From Promethearchaeota archaeon (GTDB taxonomy: Archaea > Asgardarchaeota > Lokiarchaeia > Sigyniarchaeales > SOKP01), in NCBI GenBank assembly GCA_016839585.1, contig JAEOTZ010000001.1, positions 3,076-67,075 on the forward strand: a DNA stretch of 64,000 nt, given 5' to 3'. Position numbers and translations under genes: made by a program. This document shows positions 23,561-33,418 of this stretch, in pieces. Position 1 is the stretch's first letter. Every line of letters begins with the position of its first letter. The notes below the pieces were generated by a model, which was not told where the DNA came from, did no database searches, and worked only from the letters and a program-made list of their open reading frames with translations.

Positions 23561-24097
23561 ATGTCTATTAAAGAAAGTAAAATTAAACATCTTATTAGAG
23601 AATATCTTTTAGATGAGGGACTTTTAAGGAAAAAAATACCCAATACTGAAAATAAACTTGAATTTGGATTTCAGTTTTCTTTTCCTCCTGGTCCAATAAG
23701 GCATATGATGGTAGTCATTAAACCAAAGAATAAAGAATTGATTATTATAAGTTTAGGCACTCAGATTTCTCCACCTCATGTAAATGCATTAAACTCTTTG
23801 AAAGAAAATAAGAAGATGGAATATTTTATGGAATTAAGAAAATTATTTCTCTTAAGAGATATGTTTTATAGAATCGATATTCAAAATCATAGATATGAAA
23901 TTAGTGATCAAATATTTCTAAATGAAGATGGACTAGTTTCAAAAAAGAGATTTTATACTAGTGTACGTAGAGTCTTCAATTGTGCTGCTTTGAGTAATAT
24001 TATTTTAAGTGAGTATTGTGTGGGGAAAATAAAACCAGAAGATTTTACTAAAACTAAAGAATTTACATCAGGACCCGATTTTTCTCTATACTCATAA
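23561..24097 (+). CDS. Hypothetical protein (possibly YbjN/DUF2299-like)
   Basis: 178-aa ORF; weak resemblance only. Confidence 0.3.
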   Translation: MSIKESKIKHLIREYLLDEGLLRKKIPNTENKLEFGFQFSFPPGPIRHMMVVIKPKNKELIIISLGTQISPPHVNALNSLKENKKMEYFMELRKLFLLRDMFYRIDIQNHRYEISDQIFLNEDGLVSKKRFYTSVRRVFNCAALSNIILSEYCVGKIKPEDFTKTKEFTSGPDFSLYS

Positions 24098-24115
24098 TAT
24101 TAATTTTAATGGTGA

Positions 24116-24640
24116 ATGATAATTTTTGATAAATGGTTGCAAGCACTAGGAAAACTAGAATATGTCCAAGGAAAAGCAAGACCAAATGTGGATTGCATCC
24201 TATGTGCTGTACGAAATAATGATGAAAGAGTTACATCCCTTAAAATCTATGAAGATGATTTATGTTTTATTGTTTTAAATTTATACCCCTATAATCCTGC
24301 TCATTTAATGATTGTAACCCAAAGACATATAACTAAGTTCCTTGAACTTACTAAAGAAGAATTGCTTCATATCACAAGGGCAATTCAAGGGATACAATTG
24401 TTATTGGACGATTTATATAGCCCTAAGGGGTATAATATTGGTATAAACCAAGGGAGAGATGCAGGAGGTAGTATTGATCATTTGCATTTTCATTTAATTC
24501 CCCGATATGGCTCTGAACTCGGTTTCATAGATATAGTGGGTAAAACGAGAGTATTACCTGAGGGATTAGATGATGTTAAAAAGAAGTTAGAGAGTAATAT
24601 CAATAAATACCTAACTAAAAAGTTTTTTGAAAGTTTTTAA
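24116..24640 (+). CDS. HIT (histidine triad) family nucleotide hydrolase/transferase
   Basis: HLHFHLIPR histidine triad. Confidence 0.85.
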   Translation: MIIFDKWLQALGKLEYVQGKARPNVDCILCAVRNNDERVTSLKIYEDDLCFIVLNLYPYNPAHLMIVTQRHITKFLELTKEELLHITRAIQGIQLLLDDLYSPKGYNIGINQGRDAGGSIDHLHFHLIPRYGSELGFIDIVGKTRVLPEGLDDVKKKLESNINKYLTKKFFESF

Positions 24641-24697
24641 TTGTTTATACAATAAAAAAAGAAAAAAAAATCTAAAATTATTATAAATTTAAATTAC

Positions 24698-24943
24698 TTA
24701 TCTTGTTGCATTCCTCACATCAGCAGCCGTTATCCTTTTGCGCTTGTCGGTCTTACAGACTTTGAGTGCTTCTTTTGTAGCAGTCGCTGCACTTTTCTCT
24801 AAAAAGTCTATTAATTTATCTAAAGCTTCAGCAGCAACTAGATCAGCACCTTCTTTCTTCATTAATCTTCGGATAGGTGCTTTAGCAATATATCCTTCAG
24901 TCTTCTTTTTCGCTTTGACTGGTGCGGGTTTCTTTTTTGCCAT
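24698..24943 (-). CDS. Archaeal histone-fold protein with Lys-rich N-terminal tail
   Basis: The core IAKAPIRRLMKKEGADLVAAEALDKLIDFLE...RKRITAADV parallels HMf-type histones. It is preceded by a 17-aa MAKKKPAPVKAKKKTEG tail. GGAGG lies 8 nt upstream of the ATG. Confidence 0.85.
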   Translation of the reverse strand: MAKKKPAPVKAKKKTEGYIAKAPIRRLMKKEGADLVAAEALDKLIDFLEKSAATATKEALKVCKTDKRKRITAADVRNATR

Positions 24944-25509
24944 TTTTTTATTCCTCCACTAATTTTAAATAAGATTACTTTTATTTTATTAGATTAATAA
25001 TTAATTATAACTACACATTTCTATTATATAAATGTTATGATTCGAATCAATATTTTGAGAGCGCGATAAAGAGAGATCAATGGTATTCGAATATCAGATC
25101 GTTATATTAATTTTGGAAAAATTTTTCCGACTAAAATCAAATTTTAGTTTTTATTAAATGAAGGCTTTATTTCTTAATTTTTTGAATTTTCACTTTTATT
25201 AATATCTCAATATTCTCTTCGAAAATTAGTCAATTTATTATTAAGCATTATGAAATTTTTAAGGAATAGATAATTGTTGAAATTTTAACTTCTATTAAAT
25301 AAAATCTTGATTTCTTAATTTTTCAATATTATATACTTATTAACGTTTCAATAACAAAGATTCACTATTTATAAGAAAAATTCTATTATTTCTATTATTT
25401 CATTTATTATTGATAATTATAAATTTAATTAAAAAAATAAATTAAAATATAAAATCTAAGAATAGATTATTATAATATAGATACAAAATAAAATTGACAA
25501 TTCTGGAAA

Positions 25510-26352
25510 TTGCTAGGAAACAATATTGATGAAACTGAAATTGAGGTTGCGCTTCAATCATTAGGTTTCACGAAGAATGATTCCAAAGTCTTACTTACTT
25601 TATGTAAATATAAAATATTGAGTCCAGCAGATATTGCAAAACACTCAAGAGTAGATCGCGCGAGAGTTTATGACTCGTTAAATAGATTAATCGAAAAAGG
25701 TTTTATTCAAAAAGAACCAATAAAGAGAGGAGCAAATTATCAAGTAATACCGATAGAAAGTATATTCAAGGTTATTCGTGAGGAATACAAGCAAAAAATA
25801 GAAGACACATTAAAATTAGAGAAAGCAATAAGCGAATTGGAAATTAATAAAGAAGAATCTGAACCCAGAGTATGGTCTATTAACTCAAGAGAGAAAATTA
25901 GAAAAAAGATTAAAGAACTAATCAGTTCAGCAAAGAAGCGAATCTTTTTCATAATTACTCCTGATCTATTAATGACAGAATTAGGAGGTTATGATTGGAT
26001 TTTAAAAGATCTTTGGAATAAGAAATTTTCATCTGAGATTCAAGTTGTTATTGCTCTAAAATACATTGATACCTTAAAAGAAGAGATGAAAAAATTATTG
26101 AAAATTTCAGTAGTAATTCATTCTATAGAGGGCGATAGCGTGATTCCTTTTGGATTATTGATTACTGACAACGACTTTTTACTTACTACCTTAGATCAAG
26201 TAAAAGAAGCCCCTGAATATACCTCAGGATTATGGTTGGAAAATGGTATACCAAAACAAATTATTGGGTATGAACATTTATTTAGACATTTCATTTCTTC
26301 AGAATGCAAAAAAATTCAATTAACACCAAAAAAAATACCTTATCCAAGTTAA
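25510..26352 (+). CDS. TrmB-family transcriptional regulator
   Basis: N-terminal wHTH (LGFTKNDSKVLLTL...SPADIAKHSRVDRARVYDSLNRLIEKGFI) followed by a coiled region and a C-terminal domain. The start (TTG at 25510) is uncertain. Confidence 0.7.
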   Translation: MLGNNIDETEIEVALQSLGFTKNDSKVLLTLCKYKILSPADIAKHSRVDRARVYDSLNRLIEKGFIQKEPIKRGANYQVIPIESIFKVIREEYKQKIEDTLKLEKAISELEINKEESEPRVWSINSREKIRKKIKELISSAKKRIFFIITPDLLMTELGGYDWILKDLWNKKFSSEIQVVIALKYIDTLKEEMKKLLKISVVIHSIEGDSVIPFGLLITDNDFLLTTLDQVKEAPEYTSGLWLENGIPKQIIGYEHLFRHFISSECKKIQLTPKKIPYPS

Positions 26353-26464
26353 ATCTTTAAATTTTACTTAAATATGAACTTTGATAAATTAAAAAAATCG
26401 AATAAAATTTTAAAAAAAATTAATTAATAAAGTATAGGATAAAAAAATAGGGGGAATTTATTAT

Positions 26465-27022
26465 ATGTCGTATCGAGGGAAAGTGATTTTGTGTGGAGAG
26501 CCTGGAGTTGGCAAAACATCTTTATTAGTACGATATGTAGATGACAAGTTTAACGAAGGATATCATCAAACAATAGGAGCTAATTTTTTAATAAAAGAGA
26601 TTGATTTAATAAATATTCTTGATAAATTAGACTTTAAAAATCCTGAATTGAAGAAAGATGTGAAAGAAAAAGGCTTTAAATTGTACTTCTGGGACATCGG
26701 AGGGCAGCAAGATAAACTTTTTAGTAATGAGTATTATTTTGTACAAGCAGTTGGAGCTATGGTAGTTTTTAATTTAAATGATCTATCTTCCTTTAAAAAT
26801 TTAGATTTTTGGATTTCAAAATTAGAAGAAGTAAGTGGAGATATTCCATTTATTATTGTTGGAAATAAAACTGATTTAAAAAGAAATATTAATAAACTAA
26901 TTATAGATAAAAAAGTAAATAGTTTAGGAGTAAAGTATTTTGAGACTTCAGCCAAGTTAAATGAAAATGTCGATAAGGCGTTTGAAACTTTATCAGTTCA
27001 AATTTTGAATAAATTAAAATAA
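26465..27022 (+). CDS. Ras-superfamily small GTPase (Rab-like)
   Basis: G1 GEPGVGKTS, G2 Thr in HQTIGANF, G3 WDIGGQ, G4 GNKTD, G5 ETSAK. Confidence 0.85.
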   Translation: MSYRGKVILCGEPGVGKTSLLVRYVDDKFNEGYHQTIGANFLIKEIDLINILDKLDFKNPELKKDVKEKGFKLYFWDIGGQQDKLFSNEYYFVQAVGAMVVFNLNDLSSFKNLDFWISKLEEVSGDIPFIIVGNKTDLKRNINKLIIDKKVNSLGVKYFETSAKLNENVDKAFETLSVQILNKLK

Positions 27023-27096
27023 GTTTTGAACCATCTAAATTTAAAACATCCTCCATTATTATTTTCATCTTGTATTAAATTTATTAGATTATTATT

Positions 27097-27846
27097 ATGA
27101 GTATTTTATTAATTCCTGTGGCACCATTATCAAGAACAAAATCTCGACTTAGAGATTGTTTTTCAAATAATCAACTTAGAGACTTAACTCTAGCTATGTT
27201 TAAAGATCTTATAAGGACTTTAACTAAGGTCAAATGTTTTGATAAACAAATAGTATACTGTAATACTGATGAGATATTGGATTTTGCTGAAGATTATGGA
27301 TTGATTGGAATTAGAGAGAATTTAACTAATCCCCCTAAATCGTTTGATGAAGTTATTAAAAACCTTAATGATATAGCAATTAATAAATTTAATGCTGAAA
27401 GTACTATATTAACATTTATTGATATAATTTTAATCAAAGCTCGAAACTTTAATGAAATTAATAAAATGTTAAAAATTAATCAATTATTAGTTTGTCCTGC
27501 TATTCAATCTGCTGGAATATCTATACTTGGAAGAAATCCTCCTGATATAATTCCTACCTTTTTTTCAGATCCAACTATACCCTCTATAGTAGCCTTAATA
27601 CAGAAAGCAAAGGATATGGGGATAAACAAGATATCGATTTATGATTCCTTTAGAGCAGGGTTTGATGTGGATGTTAAGCAAGATATAGTATTAGCATACA
27701 ATTATTTAAAAATTTTTAATTTAACGCATACCGAAACTTTCCAATTTTTAAAAAACAATTTAAATCTAACCTTAAAAAAAGTTAATGCTGATAATAATCG
27801 GGCGTTCAGGATAATAAAAAAAAGTAAAGACAAATTGAAAAACTAA
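27097..27846 (+). CDS. CofC/FbiD-like nucleotidyltransferase (2-phospho-L-lactate guanylyltransferase family?)
   Basis: The N-terminus LLIPVAPLSRTKSRL...LTLAMFKDL resembles the CofC opening (IP....KSRL....L..AM..D). The rest was not verified. Confidence 0.4.
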   Translation: MSILLIPVAPLSRTKSRLRDCFSNNQLRDLTLAMFKDLIRTLTKVKCFDKQIVYCNTDEILDFAEDYGLIGIRENLTNPPKSFDEVIKNLNDIAINKFNAESTILTFIDIILIKARNFNEINKMLKINQLLVCPAIQSAGISILGRNPPDIIPTFFSDPTIPSIVALIQKAKDMGINKISIYDSFRAGFDVDVKQDIVLAYNYLKIFNLTHTETFQFLKNNLNLTLKKVNADNNRAFRIIKKSKDKLKN

Positions 27847-29075
27847 AATGAAAATGTGATATCAATTTTTACAGGCTCATTTAATACATGTTCAGCCATA
27901 TTTTGAAAAGTTTCGCGTTCAACCTTTAAATTACTAAGATATCTAGTATAATCCTTATTTTTTCGGTTCTTATCATTCTCGATACGCTCTAATTTACTGC
28001 TGATTATTGATATTTGATTTTTTAAGTTATCTAATTTTTGAGCTAGACCTGCTTCTTCAATTTTATTTTCAATCTCTTTTATTTTTTCTTTCACTTGTAA
28101 ATAATTCTCAATATTTACTTGTAACTCTTTTTCATTAAAAATAGCATTTATTTGCTCTATTGTCTTTTCTTTTGTTTCTGATTTGAGGATTAGTTTGTTC
28201 TCCTCCAAGGAATGGCGTAATTGTACCATGAGAGTTGTAAATTTTGGTAAGTCTTTTCGTTCATTACTCAACATTCTAATGGGATTTTTAAGAAATTCTT
28301 TGAGATAATTCAGATCGATATTAGGAATGTGACTTGTCCCCTTTTCTAATTCAAATTTTAATTTCTTTAGAGCTTTCTTGAATCCTATTTCATCATTAAT
28401 CTTTAACTGTAGCTTGAATAAATTGTCCTCTTCATCTTCTAGGTTTTTAAATAATTGATTTTTCTCAAGTTCAATTAATTCCGAATTTAATTTCTTTTGA
28501 ACCTCTTTTTTTTCTTCATGCTCATTTTCAAATTCATCCAATTCAATTCTATTTTTTTCAATATGATCTCTCAGAGAAAACAATTTTGGTAATTTTTTTA
28601 GTAATTCTTCTGCTTCCCTTACTTCAGTATATTTCTTTCGTAAGAATTCATCAAGAATGCCTTGTTTTTTTCCCAATTTTCGAGTAATATAATCGAGCTC
28701 TTTGATTTCAGCTTGAACTTCCTTCTGAAATTTTGGAAATGCCTTTCTTGCGATTTCATTTATAGTGGGGAATAGCTTTTTTATAGAATTAAGTAAATCA
28801 TTTACATTATCATAGTAAATATCTTCGTCAGGAATTTCAATTTCATCAATCTCTTTTCTCATTCTGTCAGAAAAAAAGTGTAACGATTTTTGAGCTTTTC
28901 CATCGACTTTACTTTCTCCAGATTTTATAAAGTGATCCATACAGACTTTAATTTCGATTAAATTTTCTCGAATGTTAATTATTAATTTTTGGGTTGCTCT
29001 CTTTATTTTTGAAAATTGAGAATTAATCTTTTTTTTATAAAAATCTTCAAATTCTTCCAAAGATATTTCAATCAT
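27843..29075 (-). CDS. Coiled-coil protein of unknown function
   Basis: 410 aa, E/K/L-rich heptad-like sequence throughout. Confidence 0.4.
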   Translation of the reverse strand: MIEISLEEFEDFYKKKINSQFSKIKRATQKLIINIRENLIEIKVCMDHFIKSGESKVDGKAQKSLHFFSDRMRKEIDEIEIPDEDIYYDNVNDLLNSIKKLFPTINEIARKAFPKFQKEVQAEIKELDYITRKLGKKQGILDEFLRKKYTEVREAEELLKKLPKLFSLRDHIEKNRIELDEFENEHEEKKEVQKKLNSELIELEKNQLFKNLEDEEDNLFKLQLKINDEIGFKKALKKLKFELEKGTSHIPNIDLNYLKEFLKNPIRMLSNERKDLPKFTTLMVQLRHSLEENKLILKSETKEKTIEQINAIFNEKELQVNIENYLQVKEKIKEIENKIEEAGLAQKLDNLKNQISIISSKLERIENDKNRKNKDYTRYLSNLKVERETFQNMAEHVLNEPVKIDITFSF

Positions 29076-29089
29076 TATTATTTCTACTT

Positions 29090-30379
29090 TTATTTTATTG
29101 CTTTAATAATTTTTTTACCATTCATATATTTCTGAAGGGCTTCTGGAATTGACACTGAATGATCCTTATTTTGAAAATTTTCTAATATACAACAAATAGT
29201 TCGCGTTGTTGCTATTGCAGTTGAATTTAAGGTATGCAAAATCTCTTTAGCTTGCTGTGAACCAACTTTTCCCATCCTTATCTTCAATTTCCTTGCCTGA
29301 TAATCTGTACAATTGCTACATGAGACGAGTTCACGATATGTTTCTGAAGCGGGAAACCAAGCTTCAAGGTCATATTTTTTGGCAGCATTATCATTTAATT
29401 CTCCTGACGCAATATTTACGATTCTATAGGGTATTTTTAAATTCTGAAAAATTTCTTTTACATTCTCTATCAGCTCTTCATATAGCTTCCATGAATGTTC
29501 TGGTTTACAAAAAATAAATTGTTCAACCTTTTCAAATTGGTGTACTCTAAATATTCCTAATGTGTCTTTTCCATGAGATCCTGCTTCTCGTCTGAAGCAA
29601 GATGATACTCCTGCATATTTCAAAGGTAATCTTTCGGGGTCTATAATTTCATCATAATGATAAGCAGCTAATGTTTGTTCTGCGGTGGCAATCATAAAAA
29701 GATCTTCATCTTGAATTTTGTATAGTTGTTCTTCAAAATCTACTAATTCTGCCGCTGCTTTTATAACATCGTATTTAATAAAGAAGGGTGGCCACATTGG
29801 AATATAATCCTTATTTATTAATTTATCTAAAGCAAATTTTATCAGAGCTAAATTAAGTAAAACTAAATCTCCCTTTAAAAAGTAAAATCTCGAACCCGCT
29901 ATTTCAGATGCCTTTTTTGTATCTGCTCCATCAATCTTAGTGATTAAATTGACATGAGATAAAGGTTTAAAATCAAATTTTGGTAATTTTCCAACAGTTA
30001 TTACAATTTCATTATCTTCTTCAGTTTCACCAATAGGTACAGAATCATGTAAAATATTACCAACTATGTATCGATAATTTTCTCTTTGATCAAACAATTC
30101 AACCTTTTTTTTCTCTAACTTATCAATTCGGTCTTTAATTTCTTTCGATTTGAATCTAGCTTCTTCAGCTTTTTTGTTATCACCTGATTTTTTAAAAGTT
30201 CCAATTTGAATTGATAAATCATTCCTCTGTTTCCTTAAATCTTGTAAAGTTTGTAAAACTTCTCTCCATTTTTCGTCATATTCTAATACTTTTCTTGCAT
30301 TAGATGGATCTTTAAATCTTTTTACTTCGGATTCAATAATATTTTCTAAATCATTTCTATATAATTCGATGTCAAGCAA
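29090..30379 (-). CDS. serS: Seryl-tRNA synthetase
   Basis: N-terminal coiled-coil arm followed by a class-II core (FRREAGSHGKDTLGIFRVHQFEKVEQF, TAIATTR). Confidence 0.9.
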   Translation of the reverse strand: MLDIELYRNDLENIIESEVKRFKDPSNARKVLEYDEKWREVLQTLQDLRKQRNDLSIQIGTFKKSGDNKKAEEARFKSKEIKDRIDKLEKKKVELFDQRENYRYIVGNILHDSVPIGETEEDNEIVITVGKLPKFDFKPLSHVNLITKIDGADTKKASEIAGSRFYFLKGDLVLLNLALIKFALDKLINKDYIPMWPPFFIKYDVIKAAAELVDFEEQLYKIQDEDLFMIATAEQTLAAYHYDEIIDPERLPLKYAGVSSCFRREAGSHGKDTLGIFRVHQFEKVEQFIFCKPEHSWKLYEELIENVKEIFQNLKIPYRIVNIASGELNDNAAKKYDLEAWFPASETYRELVSCSNCTDYQARKLKIRMGKVGSQQAKEILHTLNSTAIATTRTICCILENFQNKDHSVSIPEALQKYMNGKKIIKAIK

Positions 30380-30484
30380 ATTATAGTCCCTTTAAATTTT
30401 CAATGAAATTATCTTGAATAACTTATCTATTTTATCATTAAAATTTTATGAAATTTCTATAATAATACTAAAATAAAAAAATTT

Positions 30485-30670
30485 TTAATCATGCTGAATT
30501 CTTTCAGCTATTGTTGAGCGAAGGAGAGCCGTCTTTATCTTTTTTTTATCATAACCTACATTATCTATAATTTTCATGATTTTTATTCTTCTAGCTTTAC
30601 CCTTTAAGCCTTCTTCAAGCATAAATTGCTTAGCAAATTCCTCTCTCTTATTCTCTTCTGACTCTGACAT
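30485..30670 (-). CDS. Small hypothetical protein
   Basis: 61-aa ORF only. Confidence 0.25.
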   Translation of the reverse strand: MSESEENKREEFAKQFMLEEGLKGKARRIKIMKIIDNVGYDKKKIKTALLRSTIAERIQHD

Positions 30671-30951
30671 GATTAAAAAAAATTACTATTTAATAAAAAA
30701 ATTTATTTAGAAATCTTTCGTTTTTTCTGATTACTATTTCTATCAAAAATAATCATACAAATATTATTAAGAATTTAAAAATTAGTAGAAAAAATTACAA
30801 ATCTATGACTATCTTTTATTTAACATTGGTCTTATTTAATCTAATCAGAAAGAATAAATTATTTCTTTTTTTTTACTTAATCAGTATATTTTATTATTTG
30901 TTAAATTAAATATCAAATAAATAATGGTGATAGATTACAAGGGTGAGTTAA

Positions 30952-32949
30952 ATGTCTGATAATCAGACCACTATTAGAATAGGTGTGTATGTATGCAGGT
31001 GAGGAGTAAATATTGGAGCTACTGTAGATTGCAATGTTGTAAGAGATGCTGTTGAACACCTCTCAAATGTAGTAGTTGCTAAAGTAAATGATTTTACTTG
31101 TAGTGATCCTGGGCAACAAATTATTAAAAATGATATTCTGGAATTAGGTTTAAATAGAGTTGTTGTCGCTGCTTGTACTCCGAAAATTCATGAACCTACA
31201 TATCGAGCAGTTTTAGTTGAAGCAGGATTAAGTCCTTATTATTTTCAGATGGTCAATTTGCGTGAACATTGTTCATTTGTACATGCAAATGATAAGAAAA
31301 ATGCCACTAAAAAGGCTATAAGATTAGTACAAGCAGGAGTAAACCGTGCACGTGAACTAGAAAGTGTTCCTCGTAAAGAGATTCCAGTAAAAAGAGCAGC
31401 TTTAGTAATCGGAGCTGGAATTGCAGGAATGAATGCTGCCTTAGATTTAGCAAACCAAGGAATAAATGTGTATCTAATTGAAAAAGAGCCTACTATTGGT
31501 GGAAAAATGGCACAACTAGATAGAATTTATCCTACAGATGATTGTGGAATATGAGTTCTTGCTCCAATAATGGTAAATACTTACAAACATCCAAATATAA
31601 ATTTATATACATATAGCGATATTATCGAATTTAACGGTATTCCTGGTAATTATAAGTGTATAATAAGAAAAAATCCTCGTTATGTTGATGAAAGTAAATG
31701 TACTGGTTGTGGATTATGTACAACCAAATGCCCTATAACAATTCCTAATGACTTTGATAGAGGAATAGGCGATAGAGGTGCCATTTATATCCCTTTCCCA
31801 CAAGCTGTACCAAATTATGCAGTTATTGATAAAACTGTTTGTACTAATTGCAAAAATTGCCAAAGAATTTGCCCAGCTGAAGCGGTTGATTTTGATCAAG
31901 AACCAGAATATATAGACATAAATGTCGGAGCTGTAATTATTGCTACTGGGTATGATGAATATCCAATTATGGAAACTAATGATTATAATTATGGGATATC
32001 TCCTGATGTAATCACTCAAATAGAATTAGAACGGATTTTAAGTCCTATTGGTCCAACTGACGGGCATGTATATAGAATTTCTGATGGACAGATTCCAAAT
32101 ACAATTGTAATGATTCAATGTGTTGGTTCAAGATCTGTAAAAGAACTCCCTTATTGCTCAGCAGTATGTTGCAATGTGGCTCTTAAAAATGCACAGTTAT
32201 TAAAACAAGAATACCCTGAAATGGATGTTATTTTATTTTACATTGATATTAGGACATCAGATAAAGGAAATGAAGAATATTATAGAAGAATAAGAGATTT
32301 AGGGATTAGAATGATTAGAGGTAAAGTAGGAGAAATAGTAGATGACCCTGATACAAAAAAATTAATAATTCGGGCATTTTCATCATTAACCGGTGAAATT
32401 ATTAAAGTCAATGCTGATCTAGTTGTATTATCTACAGGTATGATCCCTTCAAAAGGAACTGCTGAAATAATAAATATTATAGGTTTAGGAACAGGTCCAA
32501 ATGGATTCTTAACTGAAATTCATGGATGTTTAAGTCCTCAAGAGACGACTAATATGGGAATTTACATTTGTGGATGTGCTACAGGACCAAAAAATATTCC
32601 CTATTCAGTATCGACAGCTTTAGCTGCAGCGAGTAAAGTTGCCACTCTGCTTTCTCATGATACAATAAATCAAGAATTAATTATTGCAGAAGTAGAGAAA
32701 AACCTCTGCATGGGATGCCACAGATGTGAAAAGGTTTGTTACTATGAAGCCATAAAAGTAGGGGAAGATAATATCGCTATTGTTGATGATTTGAAATGTA
32801 AAGGTTGTGGTGTGTGTATTACATCTTGTCCCGCTAGAGCAATTGATTTAAAATATTATAGAGATAAACAATTCATAGAAGAAATTAAAGGAATCGGTAG
32901 TAGTGAGATTAATTCAATTCAAAAAGCACAAAAAATTGAGGAAAATTAA
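30952..32949 (+). CDS. hdrA: HdrA-like flavoprotein, selenocysteine-containing (two in-frame UGA)
   Basis: One frame is open from the ATG at 30952 to the TAA at 32949 except for TGA at 31000-31002 and 31552-31554. RIGVYVCR-U-GVNIGA aligns to RIGVFICH-C-GINIGG, and YPTDDCGI-U-VLAP aligns to FPTNDCAI-C-ILAP, both in the CDS at 1..2994. Track ORFs 31249..31554 and 31570..32949 are fragments of this gene. Confidence 0.85.
31000..31002 (+). other. In-frame UGA, predicted Sec codon 1 of hdrA
   Basis: Aligns to the second Cys of the CHCG motif of the Cys paralog. Confidence 0.8.
31552..31554 (+). other. In-frame UGA, predicted Sec codon 2 of hdrA
   Basis: Aligns to the second Cys of the DCAIC motif of the Cys paralog. 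Confidence 0.8.
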
Positions 32950-32970
32950 ACAATTTAGAGGTTAATTCTT

Positions 32971-33408
32971 ATGATTCAAACAGAAAACAAAAATTTTAAA
33001 AAAGTAATTGCTTTTGGATGTGAAAAATGAGGTTATTCTGTTGCGGATTTAACTGGAACTACGAGAAAATCATATTCATCTGAATTTCACTTGATTAGAG
33101 TTAGATGTACGGGAAGAGTAGGTATTCATTTAATAATGAAGAGTTTCCTGAACGGAGCAGATGGGGTAGCAATAATTTCGTGAAAAGAAGGAGAATGTGA
33201 GTTTGGGAAAGGAAATATGAATACATATGAGCATGTGCTTTTTTTAAAAAAGTTATTCAAACATATTGGTATTTCTGAAGATCGCATTCAGCAATATTTC
33301 GTCTCTGCAGCGGATGTAGAAAAATTCATTCATTCTGTTGAGGATATTACAAAAAAAATTGAAGCTTTACCTCCTCTACCTAAAAAAATTTTACCCGAAA
33401 AAGAATGA
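32971..33408 (+). CDS. mvhD: MvhD/VhuD-like protein, selenocysteine-containing (two in-frame UGA)
   Basis: One frame is open from the ATG at 32971 to the TGA at 33406-33408, with in-frame TGA at 33028-33030 and 33181-33183. FGCEK-U-GYSVADL aligns to CCNW-C-SYAGADL, and IIS-U-KEGECEFGKGN aligns to VTG-C-HIGDCHYLKGN, both in the CDS at 3012..3443. Track ORF 33217..33408 is the C-terminal fragment. Confidence 0.85.
33028..33030 (+). other. In-frame UGA, predicted Sec codon 1 of mvhD
   Basis: Cys-aligned position (CNWC versus CEKU). Confidence 0.8.
33181..33183 (+). other. In-frame UGA, predicted Sec codon 2 of mvhD
   Basis: Cys-aligned position (GCHIGDC versus SUKEGEC). Confidence 0.8.
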
Positions 33409-33418
33409 TCCTTTCAAA

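Noticed and set aside
24944-25509. The long AT-rich spacer as a replication origin
   Set aside because: No orc1/cdc6 gene is adjacent and I could not recognise ORB-type inverted repeats. A regulatory region for the divergent histone and TrmB genes is the simpler reading.
29090-30951. serS divergently adjacent to the selenoprotein operon as a functional Sec-pathway link
   Set aside because: SerS is an essential housekeeping enzyme for all Ser codons. No tRNA-Sec, PSTK, SepSecS, SelB or SelD gene is in the window, so the adjacency alone carries no weight.
31249-33408. Track ORFs 31249..31554, 31570..32949 and 33217..33408 read as three independent small genes, or the locus read as pseudogenes
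   Set aside because: They are collinear in-frame pieces of two genes. All four interrupting stops are TGA at positions that align to conserved Cys ligands in the paralogs at 1-3443. No frameshifts or TAA/TAG stops occur. Selenocysteine recoding explains this much better than decay.
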